Source: Mobula birostris (lineage: Eukaryota). Taken from it: a stretch of 64,000 nt of DNA. Location: positions 12,365,123-12,429,122 of the forward strand of contig NC_092380.1 of NCBI RefSeq assembly GCF_030028105.1, read 5' to 3'. Positions within the stretch are counted from its first letter, which is position 1. The number at the start of each line of letters is the position of its first letter. A model generated the notes under the pieces. The model did no database searches. It saw only the letters and a list, made by a program, of their open reading frames with translations, and was not told the DNA's origin. The translations under genes and the position numbers were made by a program. This document shows, one piece after another, positions 37,711-49,623 of this stretch.

Positions 37711-38295
37711 TAGTGGGTGTATGAGATGCTACAGTGCAAGCCCTGTAGTAGGACAATTGGAATAGGAGGTTTGTGTGGGAAGTTATTTGGTGATCATCTT
37801 TCAGTCCTTCACTGTGGGATCTGAATTATTGCTTGCATCTGGGAAGATTTACGGTGTAGATACTGTGCCGTGGTAGGAGACTGCTTGAAATGGTCAGATT
37901 GGTTGAAGTTGCTGGTTTGGTGATTACACTTGTGACCCACACTGATGCTGGGTGTTACAATGTGGGATACAAATAAGGACAAATATAAAAGTGCTGTGCA
38001 AATGTATTCTTTATATTGGTTTGTATTTCTATTGTGGGGGATGTTTTCTGGAATATTTGCGTTTCAAAGTTTTTTTGTGAAATCTCATCCAACTTTGCAG
38101 CATTATAAATAATGATTGATGTTAGTGGAGAAGAGCTAGGGTGATTGTTTAGTGGAATTTTGTTCTTTCCATCATTGGGTTGGGAAAGAAAAGTCTGACA
38201 GGTTGTACAAACTAATTCTGGTCTTGCAATTTTGGCTTGTATCACCTGTGTCAGTCACTACTCTTGGGTTCTGGGTATGTGGTATGATTCTGTAA

Positions 38296-38715
<420 letters not shown>

Positions 38716-39144
38716 TAGTATCAGCTGGTTTTTAACCAACCACAAGTTGCCGTGCAGTCACCCAAAGGGTCCATCAGCTCAAACTCAACTGCCTTTGTTT
38801 TCTCTCTTAGCCCCCATGCTCAGTGTTCTATCGGGAAGCTATGTAAACTTGGCAGTGTGGGAGCTGATTAAAAATCTTTTGCTGGCACCACAGGTGGTGG
38901 TATAAATCTGGAAGTTGGCAGCTTTTGGGGAAATGGAGTTTGCATGGGTTGGGATGTGATACCTTAGTTACTCCGGTGATCCTACTGGTGTGAGATTATG
39001 GCCAAGCAAGTGGCCCGGTATCTCCACCTGCTCTTCTACAGTGGTATTTCTTTCATGGGCGGGTATTTGATTCTGGCACTGAGCTTTTGTATTGTCAAAC
39101 AGGGCAGATTTGCTCTACTCTAACTGCTGTGTCACCTGTTCCAG

Positions 39145-39268
39145 GGATGTGCAGAATGGAGACAGTGTGACTGTTGGAGAGTGCCGACCCCTCAGTAAGA
39201 CCGTGCGTTTCAACGTCCTCAAAGTCACCAAGGCTGCAGGAGCCAAGAAACAGTTCCAGAAATTTTGA
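39145..39268 (+). CDS. RPS11: RPS11 exon 5
   Basis: [40 protein letters not shown]; spliced total 477 nt = 158 aa. Confidence 0.96.
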
Positions 39269-39295
39269 AGGGTAGTTGTAATGTAAATCATCTAC

Positions 39296-39301
39296 AATAA
39301 A
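39296..39301 (+). terminator. RPS11 polyadenylation signal
   Basis: AATAAA 28 nt after the stop codon. Confidence 0.8.
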
Positions 39302-39462
39302 GTCTTTGTGAAAATATGTCACTTGGTGCCAGCATTTCACTGAACCACAGATTCTGCTAGTGTTGGGGAAAGGTGAGGGACTGGCCCCAGATTAACTGAG
39401 CTACTTGTGGAATATAGGGTTGGCAATTGAATTGACTCAATATTCAGATGTCAGGTGCACAG

Positions 39463-39468
39463 TTTATT
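39463..39468 (-). terminator. DHDH polyadenylation signal
   Basis: TTTATT on + (AATAAA on -), about 180 nt downstream of the DHDH stop. Confidence 0.6.
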
Positions 39469-39646
39469 GTGTTGAATTTGATTATATCATACTATCTTTC
39501 CAATCTGGTTGCCTATTTCAAGACAAAAAAAATCTATGTAATGGACGCAAGTGTGCACATGTGCAAACACTGGTTCCTGTGCAGTTTGACTCAAACGTGG
39601 CTCTGTAATGGCACTGGTGTCAGGGTTCTTATTTTCAAGCTGCATC

Positions 39647-39744
39647 TCAACTGTATTCCACCCCAAGCTGCTTTCGAACCTCATCCAAAATGCTCATCAT
39701 CAGCTCACTGTCAGCCAGCGCCAGCCGGGAACATTCCTTCAGTC
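39647..39744 (-). CDS. DHDH: Trans-1,2-dihydrobenzene-1,2-diol dehydrogenase, exon 7
   Basis: (G)LKECSRLALADSELMMSILDEVRKQLGVEYS*; acceptor ttgCAG|. Confidence 0.9.
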
Positions 39745-40064
39745 CTGCAAGTGAAATAACAGAAAGACTTGCTTTCAAAATAGCACTCATGTTCCTTCCT
39801 GTGAGCCAGAGGGAGCACTGATTGCAGCCAAAAACAAATGCTATCTCAGTCGGGTGTTCAGTGACAATGGATAATGCTCCCCATGGTATAACATTGATTT
39901 GTTATCCTACCGCACTCCCCACTGTTACCATCAAACCACCGGAGTGGTGATCTGACCATAAATATACCCCTCCCCATTACAGCAGTTAGTTTCACTAGGT
40001 ATCCTGAAGGATGGGTAGAATATTGCATGGAACTGGTAAGTGGTATTTGCATGCGTTACTTTAC

Positions 40065-40215
40065 CTTTCTGAAGGCACTGCCGTACTTCCTCCGCCTCGT
40101 ACCTTAGACCAATACTGTTGGTGAAGTTGAGGGGCTGAGATGGAGTTTGCAATGGGAACTCCTCTATGACTCCGTTGACTGTGAGACTTGTGGGGCACCA
40201 CATGTGGCTTGGCAC
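40065..40215 (-). CDS. DHDH: DHDH exon 6
   Basis: VPSHMWCPTSLTVNGVIEEFPLQTPSQPLNFTNSIGLRYEAEEVRQCLQK; AAG| and |GTAAAG. Confidence 0.92.
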
Positions 40216-40899
40216 CTTGGAACAAACATGTCATTGAGCAGAATACAGCTTGAATAGTGTAACAATCATGTTCTCTTGGAGAATACATCAAATTGGAAAG
40301 GCAAGATTGGTCAGTGCACCATTTGTTGGGGAGAGCGCCTGTATGATTTTAAGAGGCAACTAAATATATTAATGAGCGCAAGGTATTGATGTAGCTTGCA
40401 TGGATTCAGTAAGATCTTTGACAAGGTCCACATTGGAAGGCTGATTAAAAAGATGATAACCTAGGAGAAATTCAAGACAAGTCGCCAAATGGGATCAATA
40501 TTGGTTTGGCAGTGGGACAAAGAGGATGAGGGTTACTTTAATGACTGGAAGCCAGTGACCCTGCTGGTATTGACAGGATGTAACAATGAAAATTGGTTTT
40601 GTTGATAGCATGTTGGACTATAGAATAATGAGCAGCAAGCTGAGAAGGACAATGGTAAATGGAACCCAATTCTTTAGCCCATCACCCCTACTGGGGTAAC
40701 AGTAACTTGCGAAAGTCCTCTGTCCCAGAGTGGTGGTATTCAGAGCTTCTGCTGGTGTTTCTGTAGCACTGGGTATTTACAGAATGCGGTTGCTATCCCC
40801 CTGCCCAGCCCCCAACCCTCCTTGCACAGCTGTGCTTGGGACTGTTCATTATGGAGTTTTATACATGACTGACTGGTGTGAGGTCTAATAAGATAACAG

Positions 40900-41330
40900 T
40901 GAATGGCAGTGATACAGCCAGTCAGGATGCTCTCAACTGTGCCCCTGTAGAAAGTTCTTAGGATTTGGGGACCCATACCAAATTTCCTCAGCTGTCTGAG
41001 GTGAAAGAGGCACTGTTGTGCCTTTTTCACCACACAGTTGGGTACAGACCACGTGAGGTCCTTCGTGATGTGGTTGCCGAGCAGCTTAAAGCTGTTTACC
41101 CTCTTGACCCCAGATCCATTGATGTCAATAGTGGTTAGCCCGTCTCCATTCCTCCTGTAATCCACAACCAGCTCCCTTGTTTTTGTGACATTGAGGGAGA
41201 GGTTGTTTTCTTGACACTGTGTCAGAGATGACTTCTTCCCTGTAGGCCACCTTGTTATTGTTTGAGATAAGGCTAATCAATGTAGTGTCGTCGGCAAGTT
41301 TAATTAGCAGATTAGAGCTGAGGGTGGCTG
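40900..41330 (-). mobile_element. Rex1-type LINE RT fragment in DHDH intron 5
   Basis: KLADDTTL...VDYRR...VNSFKLLG.HITKDLTWS...VKKAQQCLFHLRQLRKFG...ESILTGCITA. Confidence 0.8.
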
Positions 41331-41431
41331 CAGGAAAGGACGTCAGACCTCAACAGTGGCTGCTGTCTGGCTCTATTGGGTAAAAATACCACAGATCTAT
41401 CATCGAAAGCAAGGTAAGAGCAAAGAATTAC

Positions 41432-41556
41432 CGTGATTATGCCCTTGGTACCACTGATAACTGCCTGGTTAGGAAGCTGTGTTGCCATGGTTACAGTTAA
41501 TATAGCCATGCGTTTCCTGGAGTACTTCAGTACGATGGTCACTGTTTCATCAATAC
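41432..41556 (-). CDS. DHDH: DHDH exon 5
   Basis: (G)IDETVTIVLKYSRKRMAILTVTMATQLPNQAVISGTKGIIT; GCAG| and |GTAATT. Confidence 0.92.
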
Positions 41557-41711
41557 CTGCAGTAATACAAGAGGAAAGATGTCTCTTTATTGGATGGATG
41601 AACTTGAGATAGTTCAGTGGAGAGCAAGGAATCATGAGGAAAGGGGCATTTGTAGAGGCTTTCTGAAGTGATGGGTGTGGGACTGTCTCTCATAGAATGG
41701 TTCACACTTGC

Positions 41712-41964
41712 CTTTCTCCGTGAGGAATCCTGTAGCATGAATGGAATCTGGCTTCTCTCCATTGAAAACCATGCAGGCAAACTGTACACAGTAGCAGCCA
41801 ATATCCAGGAGTACTCCTCCACCCAGCTCTTTCTCCACCACTCGTGGTGTCTCCAGCATCCACGTGCCAAATTCAGCTCTCACCATTTTAACCTCCCCCA
41901 CATGATTCCGAGATAGTAGACTTCGAATCTTGTCATAGACGGGGAAGAACCTTGACCAAAGACC
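41712..41964 (-). CDS. DHDH: DHDH exon 4 (GC donor)
   Basis: GLWSRFFPVYDKIRSLL...GGGVLLDIGCYCVQF...GFLTEK(G), catalytic DxxxY motif; donor AAG|GCAAGT. Confidence 0.92.
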
Positions 41965-42712
41965 CTGTAAACACAATTGACAAGTCAAAGGACCAGGGCC
42001 TACACAATGTGTTGCTTTTTTAAATATATAAATGTGATCTTAATTTAGTCAGTAAAATTGTTTGCTTAAAATTTTAATATGTAGTTAGAGCCCAAAGCTA
42101 CAGTGTCAGGTGCCTTGGGTACATAGTCCTCTTGGATCCCAAGATGACACTTTGGAGTTTGCAACATTCTGGGATATTATGTTCAAAGCAGATGTATATT
42201 AAACACAATTTGGGATGATGAAAGGACTGTTGCAAATGCAGAGCTTGGCATAAATAGTTTTACTACTATTGAGGGAGCTTTAATATGTAACTGAGGTGAG
42301 GTGACAGTGCTTGGGCCAGAGAGTGAGGCTGAAAGCATATTGAATCAGTAGGGCCTTGGTCTGAGGGTGAGGAACAACCCGAGGATTGAACAATTTAAGC
42401 ACCAGATGAGATTGAGAAGGTCAGGGTGTCAGGGCCAAAAGAGAGGGACAGAACAGTTGGTGAGCTTTACTCGTCTCTGAACTGTGGCCTGTAACTGGTT
42501 CTGAGAGAGGCTGTGGACTCGATGTTTGTGAACATCAGTTCTGAGTTTTTTGCTTGCACAATTTTTTTTTTTGGCACTTTTTTTAAAATGGGTTTATTTA
42601 GTTTTTCGTTTTGTGGTTGCTTGTATAGAGATGGGTCTCAAAGTTATATGTAAACATTGATAATAAATCCACTTTGGACTTTCACAAACGAGAAAATCTG
42701 CAGATGCTGGAG

Positions 42713-43840
42713 ATAAGACCATAAGACGAAGGAGCAGAATTTGGCCATCTGGCCCATCGAGTCTGCTGCGCCATTCAATCATGGCTGATCCTTTTTTCTA
42801 TCATCTCAACCCCAGTTCTCAGTTTTCTCCCTGTAACCTTTGATGCCATGTCCAATCAAGAATTTAACAATCTCTGCCTTAATGACCTGGCCTCTACAGC
42901 TGCATGTGGCAACAAATTCACCACCCTTTGGCTAAAGAATTATCTCCGCATCTGTTTTGAGATGGCATCCCTCTATCCTGAGGCTGTGCCCTCTTGTCCT
43001 AGACTCTCCCGCCATGGGAAACATCCTTTCCACATCTACTGTCTAGGCCTTTCAACATTTGAAAGGTTTCAGTGAGATCCCCCCTCATCCTTCTGAATTC
43101 CAGCAAGTACGGACCCAGAGCCAAACATTCCTCGTATGATAACCCTTTCATTCCTGAATCATCCTTGTGAACCCTCTCCAATGCCCAGCACATCTTTTCT
43201 AAGATGAGGGGCCCCAAACTGTTCACAATACTCAAGGTGAGGCCTCATCAGTGCCTCAGCTTCACATCCTTGCTCTTGTATTCTAGACCTCTTGAATTGA
43301 ATGCTAACATAGCATTTACCTTCCTCACCACTACCTCAACCTGCAAGTTAACCTTCAGGGTGTTCTGCACAAGGACTCCCAAATCCCTCTGCAGATTCCT
43401 GGAATTTCTCCCCGTTTAGAAAATAGTCCACATGTTTATTTCTACTACCAAAATGCATGACCATGCATTTTCCAACATTATATTTCATTTACCACTTCTT
43501 GTCTATTCTCCTAATCCAAGTCCTTCTGCATCTTATCTGTTTCCTCAACAGTACCTGCCCCTCCACCAGTCTTCGTATCATCTGCAAACTTGGCAACAAA
43601 GCCATCTATTCCATCTTCCAAATCATTTAAATACGGCATAAAAATAAGTGTTCCCAACACCTACCCCTGCAGAACACCACTAGTCACTGGCAGCCAACCA
43701 GACAAGGATCCTATTACTCCTACTCACTGCCTCCTTCCAATCAGCCAATCCTCTAACAGTGTTAGTAACTTCCCTGTAATACCATGAACTCTTAACTTGG
43801 TAAGCAGCCTCATGTGTGGCACCTTGTCAAAGTCCTTCTG
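42713..43840 (-). mobile_element. CR1 LINE 3' fragment in DHDH intron 3
   Basis: DFDKVPHMRLL...GLSYEECL.LGPYLLEFRRMRGDLTETF; (CTTATGGT)n tail. Confidence 0.85.
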
Positions 43841-44104
43841 AGCAACAGACACAAAATGCTGCCTGGCCTGCTGAGTTCCTCCAGCATTTTGTGTCTGTTG
43901 CTACTTTGAACTTTCTTATATTTAGACAGTGTGGAAGGGACTATAATTATCTAACTTTGCTGCTGGGAATGTTTATTGGGAGATTATAGTATCACTTTTT
44001 CTTCACACATGTCCGACACTCGCTAACTGAAATAGGAAATAATTTAATTTCCAGCTCCATACGGTCTGTTCACATCAGCAGTTACTGTCGTGAAGTGCAC
44101 TCAC

Positions 44105-44268
44105 CTCCATGAGGAAGCAGTTGCAGGCTCGGGCCGTACACACCAGCTTTTGAACGTCTCTCAGATTCATGGCCATGGGCTTCTCACAGAGAACATTCTT
44201 CCCTGCCTGAAGCATGAGCAAAGTCATGTCCAGGTGCTGCGTGTTAATGGTCCCCACGTAGACAACAT
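44105..44268 (-). CDS. DHDH: DHDH exon 3
   Basis: (D)VVYVGTINTQHLDMTLLMLQAGKNVLCEKPMAMNLRDVQKLVCTARACNCFLME, the Gfo/Idh/MocA EKP motif; CAG| and |GTGAG. Confidence 0.93.
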
Positions 44269-44874
44269 CTGTTAGTTAATCAATTCATTGTTACTTTGTG
44301 GGGGATAAAACCATTTTTCCTCCCAATCCGCAGGCTAAAGTTATTCTACCTGCGCAGGAACACCAATATAGAATGTCCCAATGGCTGCAGTTTCAAGTGG
44401 CAAGGCCTGTAAAAGTCCCATGGATGAGGTCTGCCCACTGGTTATTTTATACTGAAGATGCAACATCTGTCTGCCTAAATGGGTGAAGCTCAACACTAGA
44501 CCAGGGGTTCCCATCCTGGGGTCTACAGGCCCCTTGGTTCATAGTAGTGGTTGGGAACCCCGGCTCCAGAAACTCAACATCACCCAGGACAAATTGTCAC
44601 TGGCACCCCTTCCGCCAGCCTGCAAGTGTCTCTTCCACCACCGGCACACCATGGCTTGCACTATGTCGTCTCTCAAAAAGCTGCCGCACTTGTGGGCCCT
44701 CAACTACCCATCAAGATATGGTGATTGATCATACACATTTCCAATGTGCATGGGTCAGTTTCTTCATCCTAGCTTCGTCAATGTTCTGGCTTCTAGTCCC
44801 CCTGAAATGAATGCTAACATTGCATGGGCAGGGGGCAATAAATGCAGGCCCACTAAGCAAGCTTTGTATCTCAA

Positions 44875-45420
44875 AGATAGAACAGTACAGCACAGAAACA
44901 GGCCCTTTGGCCCACAGTGTTGTGCTGAACCAGCTGAAAGTATATCAAAAACCCTAAAAACTCATCCCTTCTACCTACACAATGTCCCTATCCCTCCATA
45001 TGCCTATTAAAAGCCTCTAATGTATTTGCCTCTGCACTAGTGAGTGAATAATTTACCCCTCACATCCCCTCTGAACGTACCTCCTCTCACCTTCAGTGCA
45101 TGCCCTCTAGTATCTGACATTTCTACCCTGGGGAAAAAGATACTGGCTGTCCGTCTATGTCTCTTAATCTTATAAACCTCAGTCAGATCTCCCCTCGGCC
45201 TCCTGTGCTCCAGGGAAAACAACTAAAGTTGTCCAGCCTCTCATGAACCATGCTCTGTGAACCAGGTGGCGGCCCTTCTGCACCCTCTCCAAAGCCTCAA
45301 CATCTTTCCTACAGTGGGGTGCCCAGAACTGGATGCACTACTCCAGATGCGGCCTAATCGCATCCTTAAAAGTTGCAATGTAACCTCTAGCCTTCTGACC
45401 TAATAAAAGCAAGCCTTCGT
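44875..45420 (-). mobile_element. CR1 LINE 3' fragment in DHDH intron 2
   Basis: LFSLEHRRPRGDLTEVYKI...TRGHALKVRG. Confidence 0.7.
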
Positions 45421-45506
45421 AACCGTCCTGAATGGGATGTGGGGCGACACCTCGTTAAACCCCAGCGCCCTGTAAGGCACAAGGCCCAGATCCCAGGACT
45501 TCTTAC

Positions 45507-45618
45507 CTACATTGGGGTCGTTCGCCAGCTCCTCGTACGAACCGTAGTATTTCGGGATTTGGTGTCGCTCTGCAAAGTCCCGAGATCGCGAAAGGTCCCG
45601 GCTGGCCACAACAACTGC
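45507..45618 (-). CDS. DHDH: DHDH exon 2
   Basis: [37 protein letters not shown]; CAG| and |GTAAG. Confidence 0.93.
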
Positions 45619-46301
45619 CTGAGGAGAGAACAGTTCATTGCAACAATCCCTACTCCAGTCACTCCTCTCAAAGTCTTGCACCTTTCAAAGGCTTTACCCT
45701 CATACTTTGCTGCATTCTGGAGAATTCCGACCCGTTCCACCCCACTAACCTCACCCCAAGGCAAGCGCAAAAGTCAAAGTGCACACGGTGCTCCGGTGTG
45801 GTCTCTGCGATCGCATCGCTACGTGTTTACTGGACAATCAATAGTGTGCGGCCCAAAGTGCTTCCCAATCACATCGCGTGCAACAAATAGCCCCTTCACA
45901 GAACTAGGCGGTCCGCCGCAACTTTCTCAGACAAGTCTTCCCAACACTTTCAGTCCCTAAAACTGGCACGTACTGTATATGCAATGAGCTGCCATAGGTG
46001 GAAGCAGCTTTTAAGATTGCTACATGGAGAGGCGGGACTGAGTGAGATAAGGGTCAAACTTAGGAAAGTGCACTACGACTGACTGATATTTTACTCCCCA
46101 ATTCCATCTCCCCCACTTCCTGCTTTCCTCCAATCCTTTTCTCTTGCCCACTCTCGCCTGTGCATCTCTCTAACTCCCTTGTTTTTCTTTCCTGGTCTCT
46201 CTCCCTGTTTACATCTTCATCTCGTCCTTTTTGCCTCTTCCTTCGCCCCACGTTCTCCCTCCACAACCCCAGACTCGCTTTACTGTCCGTCCTCTTTTGA
46301 C

Positions 46302-46391
46302 CTGGTGGTCCGTGTCCGGGAGGGTCTTTAGAGCCACCACGAAATCGTGGCTGATTCTGCCAGCGCTGCAGATTCCCCAGCGAGTAGCCAT
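46302..46391 (-). CDS. DHDH: DHDH exon 1
   Basis: MATRWGICSAGRISHDFVVALKTLPDTDHQ Rossmann start (human MALRWGIVSVGLISSDF); spliced total 993 nt = 330 aa. Confidence 0.93.
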
Positions 46392-46745
46392 GTGCTCTGC
46401 TCGATGCAAGCTCCCGGCGCCTGTGTGCTCGGCTGGCTTTTATCGAGGTGGAAGGTCTGCCTGTGCCGTCAGCACAAATAGCAGACGTGAATTAATGTTT
46501 AAACTGTGTAGATTCTACCTATCAGCGACCTCGAGTCACGGGTACCGACTTTGGAATGAAGGAGCATCCGGGTCACACCAAATTTATTAGCTAAATATAT
46601 GTGTGTCACCATATACAACCGCAAGATTCGTTTTCTTGCAATAAATCCGAGAAACACAATAGAATCAATGAAAGTTCGCACCCCGGACAGATAAACGACT
46701 GTGTAAATGCAAAAGAAAAATACTTCAGTAATATTGTAACTACAT

Positions 46746-48960
46746 TGTTAGATTAAGCCTTTTGTTTAAAATGATGCGTTATAGGTTATATGTAAAAGTA
46801 TGTGTTTGAATACGTCATGACATTAACGTCATAGGCGCGTGCCTCGCTGCCATTATAGACAAAGTTGTCCTCGCGTTCTTGTTTATCGAACAATCCACTT
46901 GATGTTTTGGAGTAACGAAACACAACAATGGTGACGAGGTCATTTTGAATAAACCCGAGACGGCTACCTACCCGTTGCAGCGCAGCGAGATCATCGAGCT
47001 TTGAAAAAAGCGCAGTGAGACGTTTGAGTTAAAATCGCAGCAGCTGCCTTTTGGAAAGGAAGAAACTGTCGAGCTAATAAAAAGGCAGAAAACGGCTGGG
47101 TTCACGGGTTCTTAAACAGTGAATAGCAGATGATAATAATCCTATTTTTTAAAAAAGCAGAAATGGCTGGCTACAATTGCACAACAGATAACTGGATTTT
47201 GTATACGGAACAGATCGAACAATATTTTAAAGCAAATGGAATAGCCGATGAGAAACAAGTATCAATTTTGCAGAGTGCATTGGGTGGAAAAGCATACAGT
47301 TTGCTTCGGAGTTTGACTGCTCCAACCAAGACACTCAAAATGAGCTTTACTGATATCATGAAAGTAATGCAGGAACCTTTAGAGCCTAGACTATCGTTGA
47401 TTGCAGAATGCTTAAGGTTTCGATTCAATTCAAGTTTAATTGTCATTCAACGGTACATGAATACAGCCAAACGAAACGGTGTTACTTTGGGGTCAAGATG
47501 CAAAACACAGTAACAACAGTCATACACAGCACAAAGCACACATAGCAAGATAGCAAGCACAGATGAAATAACAATCATGTAATTAAAAAGGCCAAAAACT
47601 CGTGCCATCGAGCCACAGTCAACCACAATAGTCCTACACAGTCCTCCAGTTTGGACACCACCCCCAGCACTACTGCCCCAGGCAACACTGCAGCTTGAGG
47701 CCCAGTCTTCGCACATACTAGACCACAAGCCCATATAGAATATCAGTAAAAATACAAAATATATAGTCAGACCCCCTCCCCATCTATTGAAAACTTCAGT
47801 TGACCACAACACTCCCAGTGGAACACACCTGCCCTAACACCCCACCCCCTCAGGTGGCACCACAGCTTGAGGCCCAGTCCTTGCATATATGAGATAAGTA
47901 ACCCATAAAGAATATCAGTGAAAATACAACCACACAAAATATGCACGTATATAGCCTGGGTACCTTTAGTACATCGAAACCTTCAGTCGACAACAAAAGA
48001 GCTTGTCTTCAGCCAAGCAAATACTGTTGGGGCAGCCCAGATGCTGCGTCGTGCTGCCCCTTGATGGTGTGCACCGGCTCAGGTGCCTCTCTCCTAGCAG
48101 CTGTAAAGCAGGCAACCCCGTGAACTGAGGCTCTGAGTCCCTTGACTGCCGCCAAAATCTGCAGTTGAGCACATTAGGACTTGTCTTCTGTCCACTGTGC
48201 TTTGCACAGACTCAATCCTGGATGCCATGCCACCACGTCCATCCCCCCCACCAGACAGTGCACCAGCTTCGACGCTTCTTTTCTGGCCGCTGCAAACAGG
48301 CGACACCAAGGCCACACGGCTGCCCTGCCATCCGTTCCTGCTCTTAGCCAATAAATCAGCAAATCAAACTTACAGCATACCAGGTTGACAATGTCCATAA
48401 GGGTCTTGCGATCACAAGAAGAGTGACCATGGCGGCCACTCACCAATAGAGTGTAAGCCTCCATCAACTCAGGCAGCAGCACACTGTGTGGCTCCTTCAT
48501 CATCTCCGCCAGCGAGCAGCTCACTGATGGCTGATGGTGTCGTTCATGACGTATAGCAGGATCTTGCAATCATTAAAAGTAAGTTTAAGTGGGATAGTAG
48601 CACCTCTTGTTGGCCCTGTAGAAGCTGCTAAGACCAAACGCACTGCCATCTTACTGGTCAAAAGGAAGGGCAGTCCATTTCATGATATGCAGCTGAACTG
48701 AAGGGAATGAGCATTGTCAGTTCAATGATGGACTTCATGATTCACTGAGCGATCCCTTAGTTTGTGGAATCTAACAAGAAAGCATTCAAAAACGGCTCCT
48801 AACTGAAGTACAACTTACATTTAAAAGAGCAGTTGAAATAGCTGTATCAGTGGAAGCATCAGACAGACACGATCAAGTTGCAGTCAGAAATGAAGGTGAG
48901 CGTTAACAGAATTGTAATGTTTAAACAGAAACCAGCCTGGCTGAATAAATTGTATTACTG
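46746..48960 (+). mobile_element. Gypsy-type LTR retrotransposon 5' fragment (LTR, PBS, gag), interrupted at about 47420-48655
   Basis: TGTT...AACA LTR 46746-46927, PBS TGGTGACGAG at 46929, gag NWILYTEQIEQYFKANGI...AYSLLRSLTAP, resuming QKEGQSI...LVCGI.QESIQKRLLTE. Confidence 0.75.
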
Positions 48961-48994
48961 CACACAATACTCCAAATTAGGCATTCATTTAAGT

Positions 48995-49600
48995 ACACAC
49001 ACAAAATGTTGGAGGAACTCAGCAGATCAGGCAGAATCTGTGGAAATGAATGAACAGTCTACGTGTTCATCAGGACTGAGGAGGAATGGGAAGAAGCCAG
49101 AATAAGAAGGTGAAGTAAGAAGCAGGGAGGTGATAGATGGAAATAGTAAAGGGCTGGAGAAGAAGGAATCTGATAGGAGAGGAGAGTGGGCCAGGGGAGA
49201 AAGGGAAGGAGGAAGGGAGGGGCATCAGAGAGAGATGATAGGCAGGTTTGGAGAGGTGAAGGGGAGCCAGAATGGGGAATGGAAGAAGATGGAAGGGGGA
49301 GGAGGAAAATTGCCAGAAGTTAGAGAAGTTCATGCCATCCAGTTGGAAGCTACCTGGACAGAATATGAGGCCTTGCTCCTGTAACCCGAGAGTGACAGTA
49401 GAGGAGTCCACGGACCGACATGTTGGGATGGAATGAGAACTGGAATTAAAATGGTTGGTTACTAGGAAATCCTGTTTTTTGTGGACGGACGAAGGTACTT
49501 GACAAAGTGGTCCCCCAGTCTAGGTCGGGTTTCACCAATGCAAAGGAGAGTTGACCCCAACAGATTCAGATTCACAGATGAAGTGTTGCCTCACCATGGA
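48995..49600 (-). mobile_element. Penelope-like element 3' part
   Basis: Reverse-strand IGETR.RLGDHFVKYL...NHFN...LQEQGLIFCPGSFQLDGMNFSNF GIY-YIG remnant and tail; helix II of the hammerhead deleted. Confidence 0.7.
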
Positions 49601-49623
49601 AGGACTGAAGTAGTGCAACACTT

